Assembly (NCBI GenBank): GCA_002633005.1
Contig: NMRA01000529.1
Location: 124,001-188,000 of the forward strand
DNA: 64,000 bases
DNA from: Phoronis australis
Lineage: Eukaryota; Animalia; Phoronida
Direction: 5' to 3'
Shown here: in pieces, positions 26,901 through 38,894 of the stretch
Layout of the letters: each line of letters begins with the position of its first letter
Position numbering within the stretch: the stretch's first letter is position 1
The notes under the pieces: generated by a model
What the model saw: only the letters and a program-made list of their open reading frames with translations
Told to the model about the DNA's origin: nothing
Databases searched by the model: none
Translations under genes and position numbers: made by a program

Positions 26901-27294
26901 TGACTAGAACCACAAAGCTTTGGTGATGGCACTTGTTTGAAGAAAATTCTGTAAACGAGCAGAATTGGCATTTATTTTGCATTTTGTCTTTAAGAACAAA
27001 AACCAGTTTTTACAATTAACATTTCATAAAAGTTCAATCTCCAGAGGGATTCATTTCCATTAAATTGATCTGAACTTGTCAAATGATAATGGAAAAAACA
27101 AAAGGGAACATGAACAATTTTTATAAATCCTCAAACCTCATGTCGACTGACTCACTGAACGAAAGTAATATATCCAGAGATAACTTGAAAGACTTTACCC
27201 TTGACAGTTTTACAAGACAATTTTCACTAAATCTGAAGTTGAGGCAAGATGTTTTTGGTCAGTCATCACGATTTACTCCTTAGCTGTACATGTA
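20937..27294. repeat. ~3.18 kb tandem duplication joined by a single N (probable assembly/haplotype overlap)
   Basis: 20937-24117 repeated at 24119-27294 across n at 24118; first half apparently identical, second half with scattered SNPs/indels. Confidence 0.88.
21401..21892. mobile_element. MITE with GGGCCC termini (Harbinger-like); duplicate at ~24583-25074
   Basis: gggcccttcatattaac ... gtcaatgtgaaagggccc imperfect TIRs. Confidence 0.5.
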
Positions 27295-27616
27295 TGTTCA
27301 AAAAGTTGCATAAAGCTACAAAGTGCAATATGGTTGTAAGAGTGGCACAAAAACGACTACCGAACTTAGCTCGGAGAAGCAGTCTGTGGATTATCACCCC
27401 TGTCTATCACAAAGTCGTCCATTTTGAATAAATAAATAAATAATTATTTACAGTGTATATTGGTTATTCCAGCCACCAAAGTACAAATTTCAGTCTGTTT
27501 TGTAAGTTACTTATTTTTGTTGCTGAAACTTACAATTTTGCTAATCTGACCAATTGCGGTCTAGTGCTTTAGGGGCGCAAGCATACACAAACACGCGCGC
27601 AGGTACACACACACAG

Positions 27617-27645
<29 letters not shown>

Positions 27646-27650
<5 letters not shown>

Positions 27651-28562
27651 AAAACGTACCGAAAGTGGCGTACATGAAGTAACATCCTGCGAGACATTAT
27701 TCCGCGTATCGACCGAGACCGATGGTTGAGGTCGACGCGCGGAATAAGGTCAAGTGGGATATTATTTCATGTACGCCATTCGAAGTACGTTTGTATTTAT
27801 CCCATGCGCTTCGAATTCCTAACTTTCTTGCTTTGTTTCGTCAGATTTTGTAAATACTTCACTCAGACTGTTCACATGGCGGATCACATCCTATTTGCAT
27901 GTACTTGCGCGTTAGGTTGCAAGTTTTGTCTTGTAAAAGAAACAGTTTTAAAAGTATCGATTTATTTCCTGAAAAGAGATAACAAAGATGTGTGTTTAGT
28001 TGGACAAGTGGACACCGTGCCTGAGGAAATGTAAGATCCACAGGAATACCGGTAGCTACGCGGGCGTACAGCTGGGGGATAGAGCTGAGAAATAAGAGCA
28101 GTTGGTGTCCGCTGACTTGCAATGATGAAGGGATGGTGTAATCGCCTTCCCCGCCATTGTGACATCACTTATTGCATTGGTGTATTCTTCGTTGAGTGCT
28201 TGCAAGAAGGGCGTAGCACGTACATTAGCTGAAGCCGACGATAAGCTTTCACTTAATTGGAGTTACACTAGCCGCGAAGACAATACCGTTTTGCACTTGA
28301 TATCTTCGAAGAAGACCCTGGGAACTTATCCAAAAATTACCCAAATTAAGAAACAAACCTTGAACAACACTACTACTTTTTGAAAGGTTCGCGATCATGA
28401 TGCTTTGAGGGTGATTTTTGACAACAGACAAATGCATGTTTCGTTAGAATATTTTACGGTGAAACTTCATGTTGACGCTGAGACGTCTGGCGAATACAGC
28501 CGAATAGACACAGTATTCCATTCATCAAAATATAAACGCCCAAACAGAGATGTCGCCAGTAT
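27646..28562. mobile_element. Unclassified interspersed repeat, copy 2, with ~150-bp terminal hairpin, next to a (CA)n microsatellite
   Basis: 27646-27797 is an inverted repeat with core ttattccgcg..tcgacc / ggtcga..cgcggaataa; body matches 18097-20240; partial end copy at ~62041. Confidence 0.65.
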
Positions 28563-30577
28563 TTAGCGGTACAGTGTACGTACTGACGAGGAGGAATATT
28601 TATAGCGGCAAACCGTAATTACGTAATAGGTTACCCATTTTCAATTTTTTCTGTTACATGTAATTCACCTCCATTTTTAGTCATGAATAGGGCTACCCGT
28701 ACAATGAATTGGAATTGTCGTCCAGTTGTCATCACGAGGAATGACGGGAGATTTCTTTTGAACCTTTTTGAGCTCTATGCAAGTAAATGGTATTTCATTG
28801 TAAAGCGATTATTTTACTTTAACGTCTCAATAATTACAATGTTGATTTATGATCCATAACTCTGCTGATGTTTACGTTAATAACTGATTTAATACGACAT
28901 ATAAAATTACACATCTACACATTATGAAACAAAGCAGAGAAGAAAGAACATTGCGCTTGAATGTGCAGCAGTGTTAGATATTGTCTGCTCTGGAGAACAT
29001 ATGAGAGCACTTTTCATTAACAAAAAGGACTTGTTTTCTTGATTTGATTCTCTAAATGTGTAATCCACCAAGCTGAAGTGTTAGCATTTGCCGTCGAGTT
29101 GTATGTTTGAATGCAGACTCTCAGTTTAGTTGAAAATTTCACGAAACAAATTTCGACCAAGACAGTTTGGTTAAAACGTACTGTAAATAATTTTTCACAT
29201 AACGCATTTTCAATCTGGCATAATTTTTTAAAATAAACAAGATTTTGTGCTCATTTTCTTTAATGTCCAACAGCTTACCAAATGGCTGCCACACTTGAAT
29301 TACACTGTACCCGACAAGAACATCAAAGCCAACAGCGAATGAAAAGCAGGCTTCAAGCTTCACTGGGGTTGGCCAAACCTGAAATTACTGATTCAAAAAT
29401 ATTTCATGTGCACGTAATGTACTAATCGGTTGTGACGTATGTCGTTACCGGAAATGGAATCTTGTCACGGAACGGAATGTATTAGACTGATTTTATGAGA
29501 GTAAAAGGCGAATATGTAACTCGACTGTTTTACTTTAGCCAATTATACAAGGCGAAATGAAACTTAATTATTCGTCCTTTCTGTAAGCTTTGGTTCAGCA
29601 TAATCACGATAATTTAATAAACTTAAATTCAATTATTATTACACAGGCAGAAATAAATATCAGACAGAGGCAATTAACCCAATGCTTTCGCTGATAGAAC
29701 TTGCCTCAGTTCATTTACAGAAATATAATGAGCTGGTGAGTCATTTACAACACTATTGCATAGGTAACGAATCCAGTGCGGGTTAGGTTTGTGTGGAGAT
29801 CAGCTGAGAGCTTCAATTTGCAATTTTTAGAAGTGAAAGTACAGTAGTTTGCTGGTTACACCATTTACTGTACATTATGCAATACGTCTTGTCTTACATG
29901 TACATGATAACCCTCATGCCCGTACGTTTAGGCCGGCAGCTGCAACATACCCTTCCTGTAACCTCTAATTTTTGCGTCCGCAGTATACAAGGGACTATTC
30001 TGAACGAAAATGGGTTTATTTCACATAAAATTGCAAGGAAACCCCACATTTGGTTTTGATGACAAGTGCTGCTGAACTTACCCAAGGATTTAAAACCAGG
30101 GCCTCGCTATTTTGTACACTGCGAGCGTAAATCTCCAGTGGACCAACGTATGTGGATTTCTTAATGATTTTACTGTACACGAACGGTCGGTAGTGGCAAT
30201 TCTAATTCATGAAACGTTATACTAGTGCATGGTAAGGGATAAATTTCGGATACAGTGCTTGTAGAGGCTGGTTTTTTAATGTTTTGGATTTCGTAACTTT
30301 TTCTTAATTTTTGTTAATTTATTGATGGCATTGACGAGCCATTGATATTAGTGTTCGCTAATTACTAAATAGCGCCGCATAAAGCATTCGGATATGCAGA
30401 CGCACCAGTGCCTCTCATAGAGTTCTTAATCCTGTTGTAATATTTGAAAGTTCGAACAAATCTTTCTATGGCACAAAATCACAATTTATTAATTATTTAT
30501 GAGATTTTAAGGTCCAAAGGTTAGTAGAAGTTGTGATTATTTAACTTAACCGCATATTTCAGATCATTTTGCAAAAA

Positions 30578-30728
30578 ATGAAGATTTCCAAGCCAGAAAA
30601 ATATTCATACCTAAGAGGGAAAGACTATGAAGAGTTTTCGAACTCTTCCTTGCCGTGTAGCGCCTTGTGGCGGGGCTTTCAGGAAAACACGTCGGGACAC
30701 GGATTAGGTACAATATATCTGACTCCCT
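30578..30728 (+). CDS. DEG/ENaC gene 2 exon 1 (HG motif)
   Basis: MKISKPEKYSYLRGKDYEEFSNSSLPCSALWRGFQENTSGHGLGTIYLTP; acceptor tttcag at 30562; donor position inferred from gene 1. Confidence 0.88.
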
Positions 30729-30810
30729 GTATGTGCAATATATCTGACTCCAGGTATGTGCAATATATCTGACTACAGGTATGTGCAATATATCTGACTC
30801 CAGGTATGTG
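30711..30810 (+). repeat. 25-bp minisatellite x4 spanning the exon 1 donor of gene 2
   Basis: Consensus caatatatctgactccaggtatgtg. Confidence 0.95.
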
Positions 30811-31699
30811 CAATTTGAAAAGTAATGGCGCGGTACCGGATTACGCAGCCACACTTTAAACTAGCGCCATTTACCCACAATCCCACACCATTCATCATGA
30901 AGTTTTATGACCTTGTACCACTGCTATTCGTTTGTGTCTTGTTTTTGTCAAGACATTCTCGACATCAATTCTTGAGAAGTTTCATTGCTCTGCTCTGGGT
31001 TACACCTCACACGCCAAAGAGTTTGATAAACACGAGAAGAACATGTACTTGTAGTCGTGGATATAATTTTTCTGACATTATTGCTGGCGGTATTACGTCT
31101 TTTCTAAAACGAGATTAAAGTAACATTACGTTTTTCTACCACCAGGAAATGGAAGATGGTTGATATAAGAGTAAAAAATAGTCTCAACTTGTTTCTTCGC
31201 GTATTAAAAATGATCTCTGGACTTCGTGAGCACTGACAGTTCGCTATTTCCAGACTGATATCAGATTGGACGGATCAAGATACATACTTGAACCTGGGTA
31301 TAGTTCGGAAACGCCAGGAACTCGCTTGAAGAGCAGGAATTGGAGAAACTATGCGATATATGCAGTGCATTTTATTTTGGATAGATTTTCTTGGCGAAAG
31401 AACTACTAGAAATCTGCCATTATGTCCAACAATATCGATCAGCCAGTCTTCCATCTGTCCAGACATCACTTCTAAACTGAATAACGAACTAGACTCTACG
31501 ACAACTATAACATAAAACTTTCAGGTAACAAACAAGTAAGATTAATGTAAACGCGATAGAAACATTTCGTGTCAAATTTTTTTTTCTCGTCAAGATAAAG
31601 TGTGAGCGTGATCAAGGGTCTCTCGAAAAGAACTGGTTGAGACAAGGCTCAATGCACGTGCACTTGACGAGGCCGGCTAGTCACTACTGGGAAATTTTT

Positions 31700-32400
31700 T
31701 TCTCCAGGATGTTACTTGGTCCTAAAGGTTTTTTGACTCTTCGAAAGCTAGAGGTCGTACAAATGTGACTTGTAAATTCCTGGAAGCATGTTGCTTTCGT
31801 TTTCAATCGAACGCAAGGTGACGCTATGGAGACTATTCTGTAAAATTTTGATTTGCTGAGTAGTAGCTCCGTTGTCTCTGGATTGGTTTTCGTGCGTCTA
31901 TTTCTTTGGGTAGGTCGTTTCAAGGGCGGCCGAAAATGTGTCATCTGTTCTTTCTTTAGTCTTTCGTTCTCATGTTTTTTGAGTTTTTCTCATCATTGTT
32001 TCTAAAGAAAATAAGTTTCTGTTGCGTATTTGTGGCGTCTTACTGAAATCTGGCATGTACATGTATATCCAGCTCACCGTTGTCGAGTTATTTGCGATTT
32101 ATTGGTCAGAAATTTGTTCTTCAATTGACAGCTTTTCGTTGGATCGAGATGAAATTAATCCATTGTATCTTGTGTGAAACTTGAGGTCGGATATGACTTT
32201 TTTGAGTGATCTCGTGCGGAGCTCTAGCTTTGCAATTGTTTTGGAAATTGTCTGAATATTAGTACCAAGATAGATCTCCCCAAGATAAGCGTGAATGATC
32301 GGTTTTCCTAAATGTAGTCAGGATTTCGTGATATTATGGGTTCCCTGTATTAAATAATTCTGTCTATGTATCGAGGTTGGTGCCATGGGTTTGTTAATGT
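31700..32400 (-). mobile_element. Possible degenerate Penelope-like element N-terminal region
   Basis: Minus-strand KTIAKLELRTRSLKKVISDLKFHTRYNGLI resembles PLE N-terminal helix; many stops. Confidence 0.3.
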
Positions 32401-32771
32401 TCTTGCTTTCATTAACCATCTCACTTCAATATTTTTCAATAGATTTCGCTCCTCAGAGGTTATCAGTTTCCTTTTACTGTTTTACCATTTCGTTCCGCAG
32501 ATTACCTGCCGTTTATTACTTATCGACCGGCTGCGCATATGAGGATCAGCAGCTCATTTTTAAACAAATAAGCCTGATTTTAGCTCAGAATATCTCATGT
32601 ATGGTCACTGATATTTTTGATAAACGTATTGATTATGCCGAGAATCAGGAAAAGACGGCGGTGTTAGGAGGTATTTGTCTTCAAATGTTCAAAATGTTCG
32701 AATGTTTAGAAGATGACAGGGAAATCTGAAAAAGATGATGAGAACTTCTAAAAAATAAAAGAATAATCTGA

Positions 32772-33280
32772 NNNNNNNNNNNNNNNNNNNNNNNNNNNNN
32801 NNNNNNNNNNNNNNNNNNNNNNNNNNNNNNNNNNNNNNNNNNNNNNNNNNNNNNNNNNNNNNNNNNNNNNNNNNNNNNNNNNNNNNNNNNNNNNNNNNNN
32901 NNNNNNNNNNNNNNNNNNNNNNNNNNNNNNNNNNNNNNNNNNNNNNNNNNNNNNNNNNNNNNNNNNNNNNNNNNNNNNNNNNNNNNNNNNNNNNNNNNNN
33001 NNNNNNNNNNNNNNNNNNNNNNNNNNNNNNNNNNNNNNNNNNNNNNNNNNNNNNNNNNNNNNNNNNNNNNNNNNNNNNNNNNNNNNNNNNNNNNNNNNNN
33101 NNNNNNNNNNNNNNNNNNNNNNNNNNNNNNNNNNNNNNNNNNNNNNNNNNNNNNNNNNNNNNNNNNNNNNNNNNNNNNNNNNNNNNNNNNNNNNNNNNNN
33201 NNNNNNNNNNNNNNNNNNNNNNNNNNNNNNNNNNNNNNNNNNNNNNNNNNNNNNNNNNNNNNNNNNNNNNNNNNNNNNNN
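32772..33280. other. Assembly gap (509 N); likely location of gene 2 exon 2 (TM1)
   Basis: N run; no FPAVTVCN/TM1 exon seen elsewhere between 30728 and 40288. Confidence 0.9.
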
Positions 33281-33408
33281 GATTAACCCTTACCATATCC
33301 AATTGGGCCTACTTCAGGCTGAAAATTTTACCTTTACAGAGATGCATCTGAACGGGTTATGAGGTGATATACTGTACTGATCTTGGAAGGGTTTCTCTGT
33401 TACACGGG

Positions 33409-36173
33409 CACGGGTGAGAAACAACATGACCGCCGGTCCTCTTAAATCGGACCGACTCACCCAAAACAGGACCTCCGGAGATCAAATGGGACCGTCGCAC
33501 AAGAAAATGGGACTGACGCACCTAAAAACGTCACCGCCCCACCAGAAAACAGGACCGCCGGAGACTGAACATGACCACCGGGGATTGAAACCGCAATGAC
33601 AAACAAGCTAAGATTTATTATTGGTAGGCCTACACAGATTATACAATGGAGCTATATAAGTATGCATATGCAGGTATTGTGCCGATTAATCCAACGAAAT
33701 CTTTTGTGCGCTACAGGACACTTCGCTTTGTAACACGCGGCGCTTTTGAGTTTTAACCACTAACCAACCACGTTGCATACTATTGAGCTAAGTAATGATA
33801 ACTTTATCCACTGCGTAAGTTTTAGAACAAAATGAAAATCTTTTTCTCCAATGTGACGTTTTAGTCAAAAAAAGAAAAAAAAAACAAAAAACGGGCGTTC
33901 TGGTTCTCGGGTAAAACATCATAACTAGCCTCAATGTGCGGCAAAGCAGTATATTAAATATACAGCTTGACGCCGATGTGGGTAAAACACTGAACATATG
34001 AAATCTTCACCGAATTAGTGTTATTAGCGACACTCTTCCCAGAGTAAACTGAATTATTTATCGGCGCTCGCCGGGAAAATTTGTCGTTCTGTCGTTATTC
34101 TGCAGCTAAAATTGAGATGCGTTCTTTTAGGTCGGCTGACATTGACCAGTTCCTTTTTTCACCTGCTTCAGTCAGATCTTTGTCTCTTCTACGAGGCTGC
34201 GTACATGGCACAACAAATCATCGGAACTGGTTCATTTCGTCATAAGTTTTTAGTATTTCAATACTAGCAAACCGAATTTCAGAACAAATCGTGCTTCTGC
34301 GAAGTTGAGTCATCTTCCGAAAGATGTCGCAAAATTTTAGGAAATGACGCGTGCTCATGTAACGAGCGCGACAAACTTTTGTTACAATAGGCAAACAAAT
34401 GACGTTCATTAATTGTTTTTCACTCAAGCGGCTGCAACCTGCAAGGTGAGTGTTGGTTGACTCCTAGACTTTGCATGCGTCTGCTCCGCTCGCTAGCTCT
34501 ACATGTTGATAAACGTTTCACGTGACGAGGTGACGAGCATCACTTTTACCCGGGCTGTGGGAAATTTCGGGGATATAACGGAGCTCAATAACGCAGTGCT
34601 ACCAAGCTTTATTTTAGAGAGTCTTTACACAGCCAGCTGACCGGTTACGCCATAACCTGCAGTATCCTACAAAGGCCTTGATAACTATATTTTGCCTGGC
34701 GGTCATGTTCAGTCCCCGGCAGTCCTGTTTTGTGGTGGGGCGGTCATGTTTTCAGGTACGTCAGTCCCATTTTGTGGTGCAGCGGTTCCATTGGATCCCC
34801 GGAGATCCTGCTTTGGGTGAGTCGATCAGTCCGATTTAGAGGACCGGCGGTCATATTGTTTCTCACCCGTGTTATTGTGCCTTGCTGTAGCACGGGTGAG
34901 AAACGACATGACCGCCGGTACTCTAAATCGGACTGACTCACCGACAACAGGACCTCCGGTCATCAAATGGGACCGCCGCACCAGAAAATGGGACTGACGC
35001 ATCTAAAAAACATGGCCGCCCCATCACAAAACAGCTGCGCCGGGGACTGAGTAGTTGAGGACTTTGTGTGATACTGCAGGTTATGACGTAACCGGTCACA
35101 TAGCTGTGTAAAGACTATCGCCAAAATAAAGCTTGGCAGCTACATGTAAGCGTTATTGAGCTCCGTTTCATCCTCAAAATTTCCCACAGCCCGGTAAGTT
35201 CTGCTCGTCACCTCGTCGTGAATCAACATGTAGTAGAGCGCGCGACCGGCACAGGCGCTTGCACAATCTAGGAGTCAACCAACACTCGATCACCTTGCAG
35301 GTTGCAGCCGCTTGAGAGAAAAACAATCTAATGAATTATTGTAACGATAAGTGTGCCGCGCTCGTGACATGTGCACGCGCCATTTCCTCAGAAAAATTTT
35401 GCGACATCTTTAGAAAGATGATGACAACTTCGCGACAGCAAGGTTTGTTTTGAAATTCGGTTTGCTGGCATTAAAATACTAAAAACTTATAACGAATGAA
35501 TAAACAGAAAAACGACAGAACGATAATTTTTCTGGAGCGCCGATGAAATAATTTAGTTTACTCAAGGAAGAGTGTCGTTAATAACACAAATTCGCCGGGT
35601 GAAGATTTTACATGTTCAGTTTTTCCCACATCGGCGCAAAGCTGTATATTTAGTATGTGGGCCCATTGCACTGATCACCTGGAAATATTTTTGTGCTTTA
35701 TTAATACATGTATATAGTTAAACCGAGCTGAGGAGCTAGAAACCCTACTCCAGGGTCAAGTAGTTTGGCTAAGTGCTTGGTTTGTGTTAGATTTATTAAA
35801 TGTTGACCTTTCAATTATTTATAAGTCACATACCGCAGCCGGGAGCCTGGTGATGAGTAAAACTCAAAAGTGCCGCGTATTACAAAGCAAAGTGTCCTCT
35901 GTTGCGCACAAAAGATTTCGGAGGATTGATCGGCATAAGACCTGCATATGCATACGTACTGTATATATATGTATATATTGTATGATCTGTGTAGCCTGCC
36001 GGTAATAAATCTTAGCTTGTTTGTCATTGCGGTTTCAGTTCCCGACGGTCCTGTTTTGTGGTCGGGTGGTCATGTTTTTAGGTGTGTCAGTCCCAATTTC
36101 TGGTGCGTTGGTCCCATTTGATCCCCGTAGGTCCTGTTTAGAGGACCGGTGGTCATGTTGTTTCTCACCTGTG
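33409..36173. mobile_element. Composite non-autonomous DNA transposon: two inverted CAC-ended elements (33409-34871, 34891-36173), Transib-like
   Basis: Four ~160-180 bp TIRs starting CAC(G/A)GGTGAGAAAC; internal regions are reverse complements of each other; ACGGG at both outer flanks (33404-33408, 36174-36178). Confidence 0.8.
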
Positions 36174-36461
36174 ACGGGGGAAATTGTAGAAAGATGTGTG
36201 TTGCAGAGGGCAGGCTTTTACCTTTGAAAGCCCCCAAATAAGATGGCATTTTATCCAACTGAAAAACATTTGTTAAGTATGCTATCTTATTCAATGCTGG
36301 TAAAAACAATGACACGATCGGTTCAGTGTGGCCGGATATCGATCTAGATATACGGCGATGGCCCCAAATCCTCGGCAACCTGCGTCTGATCTGAGTTTGA
36401 CGACGACAATGTTCTTCAAGTGAGGTCACTACTATTTTGGAAGATCATCGTTAAACTCTTG

Positions 36462-38794
36462 CAGCCGATTTCATAAAGGTGGTTTAAATTTAAATCGGGT
36501 TTAACCTGATAAAGATAATCTGTATTTCATAAAGGTGTTTAACGTTCAGACCAGTGGTCTAGTAAAACCTGATTAAACTCCAGTTTAGACGTGGTCTAAG
36601 TCATGTTTCATTTCACCAATTAGGTCTATATTCTTTAGACGTGTATTGAGATCTTAAACCAGGGCCCGGTCTCCAATCTCCGTACTCAGACTCATACTCA
36701 TACTCGAGATTTCATACTCAAAATCGTGCTCACTGGAGTCGTACTCAAAAAAGCGTATCTAATGTCGTATTTCGAGTAGACTCCAAACGTACTCAAATCT
36801 GACACTCATACTCGAGTTGCTATGGAACTCTTTATGATGTGAAATGCAAAATCACGCAAAGCCGCGCTGATTCATCGCTCCCTATTGGAATAGACCACCC
36901 CAAGAACTAGGCCTACATTATCGTCTGCTGTCGCTACAACTACAACAGTATGTCTATAACGTGGAATTCTGAGTGTTCTGTAACTGTTATTCATTTTTTA
37001 GTTTCAATAAATATTCTTATGCCATTTCTTTGATACATTTGGCAATTATTAAGCTTCACTTCTTGAGTTCCTCACCCAGTCCCGAAAACGTCTTTTAAAA
37101 GAAATTTGTAACAGCTTATCACATCACATCTCTGTTGCTAATTTAGTCTTGGCATAAAACCCATTGCTGTGTAGGGCTACGCTGATGTCAAACTTTGATA
37201 CTGTATCTTTGTATTTTACCGGGATGTATCAAGTGAGTTGACATTTGGCACGTGAGTTAAAAAACAATACTTGTGCAGGCATTCAGAGTTCACCAGTGGC
37301 AGTGAACGGGACGAGACGTCTACTTAGAAATCGGCAAACAAAATCTGGAATTCCATTTGGGGATTGAGGAATTATAGATGACTAAGTTATGATGAGAAAT
37401 GTACCTGACAGGGAAGCGAACTTTTTTTAACTTCCCTCCCCTCCTCGTCTTTTGGAAACCCTACAAAACGTAGGCACACATACCGTAATAAGGGCAGCAC
37501 AAACTTCTCACACGACTTTTCCCACAACTGCTTTCGACGCTTGTTATGACTCGCCGACAAGGGATTACAATGCGCCTGTTGCCAGGAATTGTAGAGGTAG
37601 AATGGCTGCCATAACATACAGTGATACGGCGGGTTAATAAGGTGAAGAATAAGAAGATTTAAGATGAAAACTATTATCTCTGAACTGAAATTGAAGTGCT
37701 GAGATACGGTAAGAGGACTTATTTTTTTTAGATTTGCTATGTTTCTTGGTTCCCTTTCAATATTTTGTTCTCTGGCTCGTATTTATTTTCGAGTACGATT
37801 TCAAGCACACTGCCATACCAAACTTGAAATTTCAGCATAGACTCCGAATTTTTACTCAAAATCGTACTCGAAATATAGATGAGATACACTTCAGTTCGAG
37901 TACACTCGAAAACTGAGTATGTGCTCGAAATTTCGAGTACAGATTTTTCGAACATGACATTGAATACACCAAAGCTGAGTCTGTACTCGAGTTGAGTATG
38001 AAGTGTGAGTTTGAGTATGATTCGAGTCTGAGTACGGAGATTGGAGACCGGGCCCAGAGGTTTAACTTTGGAGTTGGCCAGACCCAGGTTTAACTGCTAT
38101 ATATGACAGACTTGCATGACATAGGTGCAACTGATTGATGCCCATTGGATCCGCTTATGTGTAGACCATTACGTGCTGGATGGTGTGTTGCGGATTCCTC
38201 AGAATACGACTGGTCGAGCATAGCGTAGTCGTCGTAAGCGCTACGGATGCAACTGGAGACAGTTTCTTCTGATTCTTCGGAGTTCCACCTCCACTGGTCT
38301 CCGATTTAATGTTGCCTGGAAGGGGTCTTGCCCCCACCCCTTTGGCAGCGAAAAATAAACATTAAAATGCTATCAAAGAATTGAATTTGGACATTGATCA
38401 TGTTGTAGTTAATCGTGATCATGTACTTTAATGTGTGCACGTGTGTTGGGCACAGATATTACATATTTCCTCATGAGAAAAGTTTTAGGCAAATTTGCAA
38501 ATGCGTGCACTGATTCTACTAGTGTGTGCCATTGTATACCCACGTGATCAAGGGTTCATTGAAGCACTTCGATCGTTTGTTTATTGGCTTAATCCAGATC
38601 GACACAGCGGGGTGGATTAGAAACTTGAAGCCTGGTTTTAATAAACCAACTCCCTGGTCTTACAAAACCAGGTTTTCAGACTTTTAGACCACATTGGTTA
38701 AATGCAAGCTAGGTCTAAAATTAGACCAGGTCTACGAAGACCAGGTTTATGCATTAAACCTGGTTTTCTTGGACCACCTTTATGAAATCGGCTG
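36462..38794. mobile_element. Non-autonomous TIR element (Harbinger-like) hosting a nested MITE
   Basis: 22-bp TIR CAGCCGATTTCATAAAGGTGGT at both ends, subterminal ACCAGGTTT/TAGACC repeats; no clear TSD. Confidence 0.72.
36663..38054. mobile_element. PIF/Harbinger MITE, nested
   Basis: ~30-bp perfect TIR GGCCCGGTCTCCAATCTCCGTACTCAGACTC, 3-bp TSD CAG, subterminal TACTC repeats. Confidence 0.85.
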
Positions 38795-38894
38795 ATAATG
38801 TTGACCGAAACTTCCATGACTTTGCATGGATAAAGATGCATGCAAGCTGTATTCCCACTCTCTTCACCCCGCTTACAGGCGTCAAGCAAGTTAA

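Noticed and set aside
20937-27294. Recent 3.2 kb segmental duplication
   Set aside because: Single-N junction and allelic-level divergence; needs read depth or long reads before being believed
32748-33302. 184-aa ORF in the track
   Set aside because: Consists of N-gap X residues
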